Virus record (IMG/VR): IMGVR_UViG_3300025151_000036
Span: 1-62,618 of that record
DNA length: 62,618 nucleotides
Direction: 5' to 3' (one strand)
Source: a virus
Lineage: Duplodnaviria > Caudoviricetes
Shown in pieces: positions 36,501 to 45,453 of this stretch. Made by a program: the position numbers and the translations under genes. Position 1 is the stretch's first letter. Each line of letters begins with the position of its first letter. Under the pieces are notes generated by a model, which saw nothing but the letters and a program-made list of their open reading frames with translations, did no database searches and was not told the origin of the DNA.

Positions 36501-37048
36501 ACTATGTTAGATAAATTTGTAAATGCTCCAGATATTTCACTTTTAATTTGAGCAGAACTTGATAATACTCCTACAAATGTTCCAGTAAAAGTCGTAGCAT
36601 TTACATTTCCTACAACATCTAACGAATGATTTGGGTCAGAAGTGCCAATTCCTACATTTCCATCTGTATAATGAGCATTAAAACCAGACTGGTCCCATAT
36701 AGAATCGACGGCAGTAATACCACGCATTTTACGTGTAGCGGCTTCTGTTGCGGCAGTTACAATAGAAATGTTATCTGTAACTTCAATGACATTAGTATCA
36801 GTAGTTATAATAGTAACTGTATTAGAATTAATTTCGTTTACAGATATATTAATTACTTCATCTGCTTTTAGTTCAACTGTACGTATTTCTGTAGAGGTAT
36901 CTACGGTGTCTTCTGCAATTTCTGATACGTCTTCTGTTATTTGAACTAATCCTGGAACACTTAAATCTTTGACATGTATAGTAAATACATTAACATCGTT
37001 AATATCAATTGAATTTTCATCTTCTGTAACATTTATATTAACTGCCAT
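33575..37048 (-). CDS. fibre protein with coiled-coil repeats (1157 aa)
   Basis: Multiple SGSAQIA(S/T)EISGAF..VS.SLQ.RL repeats; GNVGIGT; beta-rich C-terminus. Confidence 0.75.
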   Translation of the reverse strand: MAVNINVTEDENSIDINDVNVFTIHVKDLSVPGLVQITEDVSEIAEDTVDTSTEIRTVELKADEVINISVNEINSNTVTIITTDTNVIEVTDNISIVTAATEAATRKMRGITAVDSIWDQSGFNAHYTDGNVGIGTSDPNHSLDVVGNVNATTFTGTFVGVLSSSAQIKSEISGAFTNLSNIVTTNQSNISSHADDISDNAANISSNTSNINTSISRLSAIETMTGSLSSSIVTNTATLASHLSLISAQTFVSASLQSRVSTVETNIDNAISSKSLISGSAQIAAEISGAFVITSHSIQDRLSTVETNINNAVTTKTLISGSSQIATEISGAFTNVSSSLQSRLSDVEAGSTSKTLISGSAQIASEISGAFIPTSESLQSRVSVVEIASSSFSTRVTELEDTTANKTFNHITASGNISASGNINSSGLTVHVSGSRFLTLGGTGTSGHIYSNISSNASLFLQYGTGKDIQAAGDLIPSGDLTVGLGTPTRRWNKLHATEISASGIRTTADIQIGGNLSVEGGNIFGLSGAGILIDDISVRSGSTQFGSSSLSTHGFTGSMNISGSLTVSGSVSAKTFKGIFEGAISSSTQIETDISGAFVNVSSSIQTRLNTIETELENVLISGSAQIRTEISGAFADVSHSLQSRLSSTESELNNTLVSGSAQIATEISGAFADVSHSLQTRLSDVEAGSTSKTLISGSAQIATEISGAFTNVSSSIQTRLNTIESELTELDNTLISGSAQIASEISGAFNNIDFSSDPDNNVVVYNSDAKRFYFTSSYGGSSTTTTTSGGTTQYATSSFGTPIDLTKLIINDYSDDVSVTTDNGVLQITFGTPTLPYFTSFQSPTFNTDRFNRQTQDYTLNINYNLNGNTFLKGEVSASTNGGAPVFVTSFGDGENVTINSNSASYHSGSHTFTAKVYTRLADNSTHIMTEILDLQLNKSLPSNPTITYQTPTIDKDAYRTSQREIEEGATGTILFSINDGQANGWTPAPVHFNSVSTTLNILGNNTNDVETGKIEQYWTSGTDNDPVIYRTRSVDDSWERVRSLRYQTSTSPSLPSGAELLQLNNWTGTIKAGFQTKSEIEGVTMVFNPTDPIYGDYIFIVYNAELGNLSSIFNVDSGYEEISVFTGTTTSDEKYKIYQKNDPTGLTFRYRISF
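35030..35131. repeat. 102-bp repeat shared with the 641-aa gene (59529-59630; related copy 59907-60008)
   Basis: 4 mismatches versus 59529-59630 by manual alignment. Confidence 0.85.
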
Positions 37049-37049
37049 G

Positions 37050-37436
37050 TCATCTGGTCACTTCTTTTGAAAGTTTTATTCGTCCTTGTAATAATCTGGT
37101 GACTATATTTCCATTTTGTATTTCTAAGTCATACACTGCTTGATCAAATGTATATAATGAAGATGATTCATGATGTATATGAAGTTCAATGGTTCCAGAT
37201 GCAGCATTAGATGATCCAGATGTTGCTAATATGTTTAATCCTCTAACTTCATGCGTAGCTCCATTATAAGTTAAATTATCTATCGGATCTCCTGTTGCTC
37301 CTACTGCTGATCGTATTTGCATACGAGCATTGTAACCTTTTAAATCAACAACAGTTCCTGCCGAATCTTTGTATGTGAATTGTTTTTTTAGAGTTGCACC
37401 TTGCTCTATTGTGAAATTGTATTGTCCTGCAGCCAT
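37050..37436 (-). CDS. virion structural / fibre adaptor protein (Ig-like, 128 aa)
   Basis: YNFTIEQGAT...DLKGYNARMQIR...VYDLEI...RLLQG...EVTR pattern common in phage fibre adaptors. Confidence 0.75.
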   Translation of the reverse strand: MAAGQYNFTIEQGATLKKQFTYKDSAGTVVDLKGYNARMQIRSAVGATGDPIDNLTYNGATHEVRGLNILATSGSSNAASGTIELHIHHESSSLYTFDQAVYDLEIQNGNIVTRLLQGRIKLSKEVTR

Positions 37437-37454
37437 AGCATTTCCTTTATTTTA

Positions 37455-37463
37455 TATAAATAT
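37455..37463 (-). promoter_or_regulatory. Class II motif ATATTTATA
   Basis: 18 nt upstream of ATG 37436. Confidence 0.65.
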
Positions 37464-37499
37464 TGGAATGATATGATACAATGAGAGTTTAGTTGTGGA

Positions 37500-38120
37500 T
37501 TAACTTATTTTTTCAATTAAAGCGGAACTACCTGCTTTTATTGTCATTGATTGGCCTGCAGTATTTCCTAGGACTCTAAAAGTAATTGTATTAGAAGCAC
37601 TGCTATTGGTTACAATATTAAAAATTGTAGCATATCCAACTGATCCTGCGGCTCTAACCGTATCTCTATGAACTCTAGTAGATCTTACGTATGTGTCAAC
37701 GGCTAACTCCATTGGTCTTGTTGCTGAGTAATGCAAATTCAAAGTGATTTTATAAGTTCCAACTTCTAATGATGAAAATTCTACTCCGGGGGATCCTATT
37801 GCTACTGCGAAATTTCCATTGGTAGCTGTTCCAGAAGCACCGCCAAATAATTTTCCAAGAGAGTTAGTTACTGCTATAGAATCTGTTGTTGTTTTTAAAT
37901 AAGAAAATCCATTTGCAGTCACTTCAGATCCCAAATAACGATGAAGCTCTTTTATTTCATCGTTCATTTTTTGCATCTTATATAACATGGCACGTTCAGC
38001 TGGGAACGCATCCAATTCCAAATGTTTTGCTTCTGCAAATGAAGATGACATTGCTCTTAATTTTGTCACATCTGTTACTCTATGGTCATCTAATTGGTCA
38101 TCTCGTTCTGCTCTTGCCAT
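37500..38120 (-). CDS. hypothetical protein (206 aa), helical N-terminus and beta-sandwich-like C-terminus
   Basis: Coding-strand ORF with AAGGA SD downstream of a fibre gene. Confidence 0.7.
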   Translation of the reverse strand: MARAERDDQLDDHRVTDVTKLRAMSSSFAEAKHLELDAFPAERAMLYKMQKMNDEIKELHRYLGSEVTANGFSYLKTTTDSIAVTNSLGKLFGGASGTATNGNFAVAIGSPGVEFSSLEVGTYKITLNLHYSATRPMELAVDTYVRSTRVHRDTVRAAGSVGYATIFNIVTNSSASNTITFRVLGNTAGQSMTIKAGSSALIEKIS

Positions 38121-38128
38121 AATATTCC

Positions 38129-39856
38129 TTATACTGCTTCTATTGTTACATATCCACCATAAACTTCTTCACCTGAAGCTTGGGCTAATTCTAATAATAA
38201 ATAATTTGTTGTATCACTTGTAACATCAGTTATATCCAATTCAGTTCCAATATTCCCAGTTCCTTTACTAGTCACTGTTTTACTATTAATATCGGCTTCA
38301 TAAACTTCTAATGCCGATGTTCCACTTCCATAAATATGAACATGTGTTGCTTTGAATCCTGTTGGTATTGGTATAGAAGCAAATAGTTTACCGGTACTAT
38401 GAGATTCTAACCATCGGTCACTTCCCGTATCATCAATCATTGCTGGTCTACCAACATCATCTGGTATAAAGTCACTTACTAAGATTTTTATTCTTGTGGT
38501 TGATCCATGCCAACCTGATTGAATATTATCTGATACTACTTTGTCTGCTGTAATTGTACCACTTGAACTTATAGCTCCTGAGGCTGTTATTGCTCCATTT
38601 GTAAAAATAGAAGGAGTTTGGTTTCCTTTTCCTAAACTAATTTTGTTGCTAGCAAAGCCACCAAATAAAGTTGCAACATCACCTGCAATTTCTAAAGCTT
38701 GTACTTGATCTACAAAAACACGAGTAGTAAAAATTTGACCACTTGCACTTATATCACCTATAACTTCTAATTTTTCTCCAGGTGCGTTAGTTCCTATACC
38801 TACATTACCATCTGTATCAATAGTAACACGAGCATTATTTCCTGTTCCAAATTGTATTCCCCTAGATGCACCTGAACCCGAATGTGCTATAATTAAATGG
38901 TTACCTTTACCTCCTGTAAAAGTTGTTGCATCTGGATATTCATTATCTCCACCGGCATGTCCTATTATAGATCTAATACCTCCCCCATCTTGTTCAAATA
39001 ACATAAAGGGGTTATCTGCTTCATCGTTATTATCAGTGTCTGCTTGAAGTATTAAATTTGCATCTCCTGCTGTACCTGCTGTAATTGTAACTGTGTTAGA
39101 AGGAATAGATAAACTATTTCCAGGTGAAGATAAAGTATCTGTAAATATAGTACCACTTGCACTTATATGACTCGAAGCTGTTACTGCACCATACATGGTA
39201 ATTGGTAGAGTCATGTTAGATCTATTGATTGATACACCACCAGAAAATAAACCTGATTCATTAATTAATAAATAATCATTATTAGATGCAATTGCTTCTT
39301 GATTATCAATATGAATTTCCTCTGCAAATATATGACCACTTGCACTTATATTACCGGAGGCTGTTATATGAGAAGTTACTTTTAAATTACCATCAACTTG
39401 TACATTTAAACCTTGATCAGATACAGTTAATATATCTGTATCATCTGGAGCGATAATAATGGTATTACTGGTTTGATAAATTTTATCATCATTTGTTCCA
39501 AAAGTAATTATTGGATCACCACCAGCACCATGTAGGTTTAAATGTGCACCAAAAATATTATTACTTGCACTTACAAGGCCTGTAACTCTCATATTGCCTA
39601 TAAACTGGTGCGTATCATCTGCAGAATCACCAAATGCAGTTGAACCTGAAAGTGTTTGAGTTGTTATATTGCTAACTGATGAACAAACAATATAATTTTC
39701 TGCTGTTATACTATCAACTCGAAAATCACTTGAAACTGCGGAACCATTACCATAATAAAATTTTCCCGAGTCTACATTGATTGCTAATTCTCCGGCTGCT
39801 AAACTACTTGGAACTGCGGAACCGGTACCTCTTCGTATTTGTATTGTTTGTGCCAT
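38129..39856 (-). CDS. tail fibre/spike with Mtd-N-like attachment domain (575 aa)
   Basis: IQIRRGT...LAAGELAINVDSGKFYYGNG; HITASGNISASG and GNVGIGT modules. Confidence 0.75.
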   Translation of the reverse strand: MAQTIQIRRGTGSAVPSSLAAGELAINVDSGKFYYGNGSAVSSDFRVDSITAENYIVCSSVSNITTQTLSGSTAFGDSADDTHQFIGNMRVTGLVSASNNIFGAHLNLHGAGGDPIITFGTNDDKIYQTSNTIIIAPDDTDILTVSDQGLNVQVDGNLKVTSHITASGNISASGHIFAEEIHIDNQEAIASNNDYLLINESGLFSGGVSINRSNMTLPITMYGAVTASSHISASGTIFTDTLSSPGNSLSIPSNTVTITAGTAGDANLILQADTDNNDEADNPFMLFEQDGGGIRSIIGHAGGDNEYPDATTFTGGKGNHLIIAHSGSGASRGIQFGTGNNARVTIDTDGNVGIGTNAPGEKLEVIGDISASGQIFTTRVFVDQVQALEIAGDVATLFGGFASNKISLGKGNQTPSIFTNGAITASGAISSSGTITADKVVSDNIQSGWHGSTTRIKILVSDFIPDDVGRPAMIDDTGSDRWLESHSTGKLFASIPIPTGFKATHVHIYGSGTSALEVYEADINSKTVTSKGTGNIGTELDITDVTSDTTNYLLLELAQASGEEVYGGYVTIEAV

Positions 39857-39872
39857 ATGTTATTCTATTTTA

Positions 39873-39881
39873 TATAAATAT
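39873..39881 (-). promoter_or_regulatory. Class II motif ATATTTATA
   Basis: 16 nt upstream of ATG 39856. Confidence 0.65.
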
Positions 39882-39885
39882 ATCA

Positions 39886-41154
39886 TTAATCGATTAATGG
39901 TTTTATACTACGCCTATCATTGGCAAAAAACCAATTATCAATTTTTTCTGTTGTTTTTATTTGATATCCATGACCCGGAAGAAGATCTCCAATACCATTA
40001 AAGCCCCATTCAGGGAGATAGGCCGCTCCAAAATTGTCTTTGGCTATTATTATTTTTGCCGTTAAATCATATACTTGTTGAACTGTTCCTCTTTTATAAT
40101 ATGAATCAAATGAATCAAACTCTTCTAACGGAACTCCAAACGTGCCGGCTCGTTCTGCATGAGAAAATTGGGTTGTTATTTGGGTATCTGATTCAATAGA
40201 TGCAATAGATGTAATTACTGTAGTTCCATTTTGAATAAATCCAATTTCGTCTAAAGGCTCAAAATCGTTAACGAAAGATGTGTCAATTCCAATTATCTGA
40301 TTTGTACCTATAAGTGTGATACGACCGCGTAAAGAATTGCGAGCCTGTTCTGGTGTAGATTCGGTATCGTCCACTGTTGGGAAAGCATCAAATGTTACCT
40401 GTATGCCATTCTGGAAAGCTTCTACTAAATCACGCGGTCCATCTAATCTAGGATAAGAGATATTTTGCCAGCCTTGACAAAAATAATTTGGCGCGACTAC
40501 AGAATTACCAGCAAGAGACGTATTTTGATATTGTTCATAATCTTGCAAAGCTTCTATCATATCCACTTCAGATCGAAAATTTTCCAAGTTATTTTCGCGA
40601 GATAAATTTCCTGGTTGCCTAACATCGTTTATAACCATGGTGCTAACGTTTACATAAACATCATCAGTTACTATAAATTGTATTGGTCCTTCTAAAGGGC
40701 TGTCCTTTGGAAGTTTTATTTGATATGCTTTATTTGGTATAAAATTTCCTACACCGTTAAAGTCAAATTCTGGTAATATAGCTCCTCCTCCGGCATCCTT
40801 TAAAATAATGAAATGGGTTTCATCTAATACGTCTGGTAAAACTCCGGTTTTAAATTCTATCATAGCAGCTAATTGATCGGCTATATCTTGTTCATATGGT
40901 AACATATAACCTATAAAGTTCCAACCTTGTTGCAATGTGGCATCGCAATTAATAACTTTGAATTCTTGGCCAGATGCTCCTACGGCTGTTAAAACCACTG
41001 TACTTTCAAATGATTCTACGACAAAATCGCCGGCTCCATGAGCTGTATCGCGTGTTAAACTACCAACAAATTGTTCTGGTGCTAGACCATTAGGATCTAA
41101 TCCTTCCACATTATTCACTTCCACATTTAAATTATCTAATTCACGTAAGCTCAT
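39886..41154 (-). CDS. acidic protein with a duplicated GW...KD..G.A.LPE..FNG.G...YQIK domain (422 aa)
   Basis: Internal duplication visible in the translation; coupled to the upstream gene. Confidence 0.7.
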   Translation of the reverse strand: MSLRELDNLNVEVNNVEGLDPNGLAPEQFVGSLTRDTAHGAGDFVVESFESTVVLTAVGASGQEFKVINCDATLQQGWNFIGYMLPYEQDIADQLAAMIEFKTGVLPDVLDETHFIILKDAGGGAILPEFDFNGVGNFIPNKAYQIKLPKDSPLEGPIQFIVTDDVYVNVSTMVINDVRQPGNLSRENNLENFRSEVDMIEALQDYEQYQNTSLAGNSVVAPNYFCQGWQNISYPRLDGPRDLVEAFQNGIQVTFDAFPTVDDTESTPEQARNSLRGRITLIGTNQIIGIDTSFVNDFEPLDEIGFIQNGTTVITSIASIESDTQITTQFSHAERAGTFGVPLEEFDSFDSYYKRGTVQQVYDLTAKIIIAKDNFGAAYLPEWGFNGIGDLLPGHGYQIKTTEKIDNWFFANDRRSIKPLID

Positions 41155-44100
41155 TAGAACGTACCTCCGTCAATAGCAGTTGTGGTTGTTACAAACGATG
41201 CAGTTGCAGAATTTAATACAACAGTACCAGTAGTTGCAACACCAGTTAAATTAGTTCCATCTCCTACAAATGCATTTGCTGTAATTGTAGCACTTGAACT
41301 TATGCTTAATGATGTTGTAACATTACTTTCTAATACAATGCTAGTATACGGAAATGTTTGACCTTTAATTGTATCAACTCGCATAGTTCCAGTAGATCGG
41401 ATATCTCCAGCTACATCTAATGGGTATGCAGGATCATTTGATTGTAATATAGCAACTTTATTATTTTTTATACTAAATGGAGCAAAGCCTGAATTTTCAT
41501 TTAAATACGTTCCTTCTGCAATTTTAAATGTACTATCATGAGAATCAATACCCATTGCAAATGTAGTACTACTACGATCTGCTTGAAATTTTATAAATGC
41601 ATCAGCGTTATCTACTGGTGATCCAAAATATGTAATATTACTTCCGCCGGTGTTTCTTACTGTTAATGCAGGTCGAGTACTAGCTGCAAATAATATATTA
41701 TAATCATCTGTAGTAAATGTACGTGTATTTGATAAATCTCCTAGATTAACAAGACTGGCAGTAAATTCAGTAGTTGTTATTTTCGTTGGATTAAATATAG
41801 TAGTATGAAAGTTACTTGCACTTATTGTACCAGCAACATTAATATTACTCGATGATATTTGACCAAATATCACATCACTGCCGGTTACTGCAAAACTACC
41901 GGTAGCGTTCAAAATTCTTTGCACTGATGTTGTACTAGCTTTTAGACCAACATCACTTTGTAGTTCTTCAAATGAAGCAGTAGTTATGAATGATGAGTGA
42001 TCTATTGATTCTATAGTGTTTATTCGCGATTCTAATGATGCAGATACTAAATTAAATGCTCCAGAAACTGCAGATTTTAATGCATATGTATTGTGATTAT
42101 GAACTTCTAAAGTTATTAATCTATTTTGTAATGATGATGATATTGGTGTAAATGCACCGCTAATCTCTGCTGCGATTTGTGCTGATCCAGATAACAAAGT
42201 GTTTCCTAATTCAGATTCTGCGCTAGCAATTCTAGATTGTAATGAATTTGATACTTCATTAAATGCGCCGCTAATATCAGTTGAAATTTGAGCTGAACTT
42301 GATAAAGCTCCAGAAAATATACCAGTAAATGAATTAGCATTAACGCTTTGAGATACATTTAAATATCCATATGCTTTTGTTTCGCCACTTTCGCTTACTT
42401 GAAATAATAATTGAGCATTAGAGAAAAATTCGCTATTACTCATTACTGTAAATTTAGAACGAGCATTATTTTGATTCACAGCATCTAATATAATTGCAAA
42501 ACTACCGGATCCTTTTTGAGTCAAACTTCCGTGTACTGAATCTGATCCTAATAATGGTCCATATGATTGATTTTCTGCTCTCAATATAGTCGCATATTTA
42601 CCAGAATCACTCATTACAGCAATAAATCCTACATCGCTTTGATCAGATAATTGCACATTTGGAGTGGTTGAACCAGAAGGTGTTAGATCAATTCTACCGG
42701 CTTTAATTGTCTGAAATTCACTACCAGATTTAAACTGTATTTTTTTATCAGAATCTACTGACATGTTAATTACTTCTTTCTGCCCATCGTAAAATCTAAT
42801 AGTACCATCTGACACATGTATGTCATGCCAAGCTGCTGTACTACTACCTAAATCAAATGATGATGTTAAAATATTGGGTGCAGTATTTGGAATTATCGAT
42901 CCAGAAATACGTAATGGACCAGATAATTGCATTCCATGGCTTGCGGTAATACTTCCTGCAAAAATACTTTGCGATGTATATAAAGATCCGGATACATGTG
43001 TTTGCGGTGACTGTAATACAATTTTTCCTAATGTAGGGTGTAATGTGCGTATATCTACTTTTGCATCGGAAATTGCATAAATACGATATGCATCTAAATA
43101 CATGTCACTTACGCCTCCTACGTCTACATAATTTCCAAATATACGTGCTGAAAACTCATCTGTTCCATCTGAACCGTCTTGTCGTTTATTTGTCAAGAAA
43201 ATGTTGTTGTCAGACCCGAGTATAATATCACTTCCAGAAACATTTAATGTTTCTCCTAATATTAAATGTGATATACTGGCAGTATCTGGAAAAAATGCAA
43301 AACCATTAGCTTGTAACTCATTGAATGATGCATTTCCGTTGGCAGCAATACTATATGCAGGTCCATCAATTTGATTAACATTTAAAGTATCAGTTTTAAT
43401 GTTAGAACTTGCTGATACAATACTAGCAGTTATCGATGTTGCTCCTTTAATATGTGTTTCGCCAATACCTGAAGTGAAAGTTAAATTACCAGCTAAATTT
43501 ATAGAATTTGCAATGTCTCCTCCGGTGAAAAAACTAACCTCTGGTGGAACAAATTCTACGTAACCAACCTTAGCAGCTGATTGAGATACCAATAAGTCAA
43601 ATTCTGTCAATGGTTCGCCAGTTACATGAGAAGTGATTCCTGTAAGTGTATTATTAAATTTAACGTTTAATTGTTTTCTATTGGTAGGACCAAAATCTAA
43701 ATTTTCCCACATATCAAAATGATGCAATGCCATTGTACGAGTGAATGAACTATCTCCATTTTCTACTCGCAATCCGCCACTCACATACAATCTAAAAAAT
43801 TGGTATGCAGTATCTGCCGGCATATCAACTGACGCTGTGGCACAATAAACCCGTACTTCAGCAGTTGATTCGCCACCAGAATTATTTAGCCAGTAATATT
43901 GACTTCCATCTGTATTATTGTCATTAAATTTTATATGTGGTATACCCGGAAGTTTATCAATCGTACCGTTCAATGTGTTAGTACGTATACCAGATGCCGA
44001 TGCAATTTTTGTGTAAACTTGTCCATCTACACTTCCTTCCAATATATAACCTGCAGGATATTTTGTTGATTCTGGAAAATCGTTACCAGTAAGTCCTATG

Positions 44101-45422
44101 TTAAGATTATTGGTATCGCTATAAAATAATCCTACTCGTGCTAGTCGCTTTTGAGCTCCTAGGTCAAAACTTTGTGTAATCCATAATTGATTTAATCCGG
44201 ATTCTAAAGGAGGTGTTTCATATAATGCAAATGATGAAAGATCTGGTACATTTAAATCTGGTAATGAAGCGGTAGCAGAAAATTTAAATATGTTACCGGT
44301 GTTATATATACCGACACTTTCTTGCATGTATGGCCATTCAGTATATGTTATATCATTATAAGATGATGAACCTAATCGTACAACTAAATCACGTTCACCA
44401 AAAGATTTAGAAACCATAACAATACCATCTTTTGATACATATTCTATTATATCTTTAGAATCTGTTGCCGTAAATGTATTTTCTTTGTACCAACTATATT
44501 TATTAACATCATATGCACTTTCAAATTGATCGGCTACAGATACTAACGTTGTCGATACTCCGCCGGTACCGGAACTACCAGCCGTTCCAGCATTTAATGC
44601 ATAGCTAGCGGTCGCGACTGTCATATTCGATCCGGTCGGTCCAATGTAACGGTATGCTTGTATCCATAATGGATGAGTCTTACTTGATATATTAACAGGA
44701 TCATCTTGACTAGCAGCATCTATATCTAATCCTAAATATAATGCACCTTGACCATAATCAAATACATAGCCACCATATGAATTATTTTCATTATTGAAAG
44801 TATTATTTAATAAACTAGTCGCTGAAATTGTTGGGTGATCTGGATCTGTAAGACTAGTTAATTTAATTTGACATTGATATGCACTACCATACCTAGCTGG
44901 ATTGATCCAAGATTTTAATCTTTGTGAATCTGTATTAAATACAGTTCCTTGAACTATCTCTCGATCATATTCCTGTTGAACTAATACCCACGGAGCTTCT
45001 TCTGGGTCAGATTCTTGTATTGCCACATTACCAGATTGTTTTGGATCATATGCAAAATACATTTGGTTATTAGTATTAACTAGTTTTGCTAATGGCATTA
45101 TCACTAATTCTACATTAGGATTAGCACCGCTTGTATCATAAATTGATTCTGAAAAATATCCATCCCAAAGCGCATCATAACCTGTCCCAGAGCCAGTAAC
45201 CCATGTACGTATTTTATAAGGTAATACATTGGATGCATTTTTATTTCCAGTTTTTCTAGCAATATCTCCAGTAATTAACGCATCAGAATAAATTTGAGGC
45301 CCAGTTTCGAACTGTTCACCTGATACATCGGATGAAGCATTTGTCTGTAATACATTAAATACATATTTAAATGCCGATTTCCTTTTTTCAATTTCTAAAA
45401 ATTTACCTTCGCCTACAGCCAT
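41154..45422 (-). CDS. large virion/fibre protein with a discoidin-like domain (1422 aa)
   Basis: FDLG...YILEGSVDG..YTKI...YQFFRL; EISGAF repeats; FVGDGTNLT; C-terminal IDGGTF. Confidence 0.75.
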   Translation of the reverse strand: MAVGEGKFLEIEKRKSAFKYVFNVLQTNASSDVSGEQFETGPQIYSDALITGDIARKTGNKNASNVLPYKIRTWVTGSGTGYDALWDGYFSESIYDTSGANPNVELVIMPLAKLVNTNNQMYFAYDPKQSGNVAIQESDPEEAPWVLVQQEYDREIVQGTVFNTDSQRLKSWINPARYGSAYQCQIKLTSLTDPDHPTISATSLLNNTFNNENNSYGGYVFDYGQGALYLGLDIDAASQDDPVNISSKTHPLWIQAYRYIGPTGSNMTVATASYALNAGTAGSSGTGGVSTTLVSVADQFESAYDVNKYSWYKENTFTATDSKDIIEYVSKDGIVMVSKSFGERDLVVRLGSSSYNDITYTEWPYMQESVGIYNTGNIFKFSATASLPDLNVPDLSSFALYETPPLESGLNQLWITQSFDLGAQKRLARVGLFYSDTNNLNIGLTGNDFPESTKYPAGYILEGSVDGQVYTKIASASGIRTNTLNGTIDKLPGIPHIKFNDNNTDGSQYYWLNNSGGESTAEVRVYCATASVDMPADTAYQFFRLYVSGGLRVENGDSSFTRTMALHHFDMWENLDFGPTNRKQLNVKFNNTLTGITSHVTGEPLTEFDLLVSQSAAKVGYVEFVPPEVSFFTGGDIANSINLAGNLTFTSGIGETHIKGATSITASIVSASSNIKTDTLNVNQIDGPAYSIAANGNASFNELQANGFAFFPDTASISHLILGETLNVSGSDIILGSDNNIFLTNKRQDGSDGTDEFSARIFGNYVDVGGVSDMYLDAYRIYAISDAKVDIRTLHPTLGKIVLQSPQTHVSGSLYTSQSIFAGSITASHGMQLSGPLRISGSIIPNTAPNILTSSFDLGSSTAAWHDIHVSDGTIRFYDGQKEVINMSVDSDKKIQFKSGSEFQTIKAGRIDLTPSGSTTPNVQLSDQSDVGFIAVMSDSGKYATILRAENQSYGPLLGSDSVHGSLTQKGSGSFAIILDAVNQNNARSKFTVMSNSEFFSNAQLLFQVSESGETKAYGYLNVSQSVNANSFTGIFSGALSSSAQISTDISGAFNEVSNSLQSRIASAESELGNTLLSGSAQIAAEISGAFTPISSSLQNRLITLEVHNHNTYALKSAVSGAFNLVSASLESRINTIESIDHSSFITTASFEELQSDVGLKASTTSVQRILNATGSFAVTGSDVIFGQISSSNINVAGTISASNFHTTIFNPTKITTTEFTASLVNLGDLSNTRTFTTDDYNILFAASTRPALTVRNTGGSNITYFGSPVDNADAFIKFQADRSSTTFAMGIDSHDSTFKIAEGTYLNENSGFAPFSIKNNKVAILQSNDPAYPLDVAGDIRSTGTMRVDTIKGQTFPYTSIVLESNVTTSLSISSSATITANAFVGDGTNLTGVATTGTVVLNSATASFVTTTTAIDGGTF

Positions 45423-45439
45423 TAATTACCTTTTATACA

Positions 45440-45448
45440 TATAAATAT
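45440..45448 (-). promoter_or_regulatory. Class II motif ATATTTATA
   Basis: 17 nt upstream of ATG 45422. Confidence 0.65.
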
Positions 45449-45453
45449 CTATT

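Noticed and set aside
34790-36560. Regularly spaced AATGCTCCAGATATTTC repeats as a CRISPR array
   Set aside because: In-frame coding repeats with synonymous variation; the intervening sequences are related to each other
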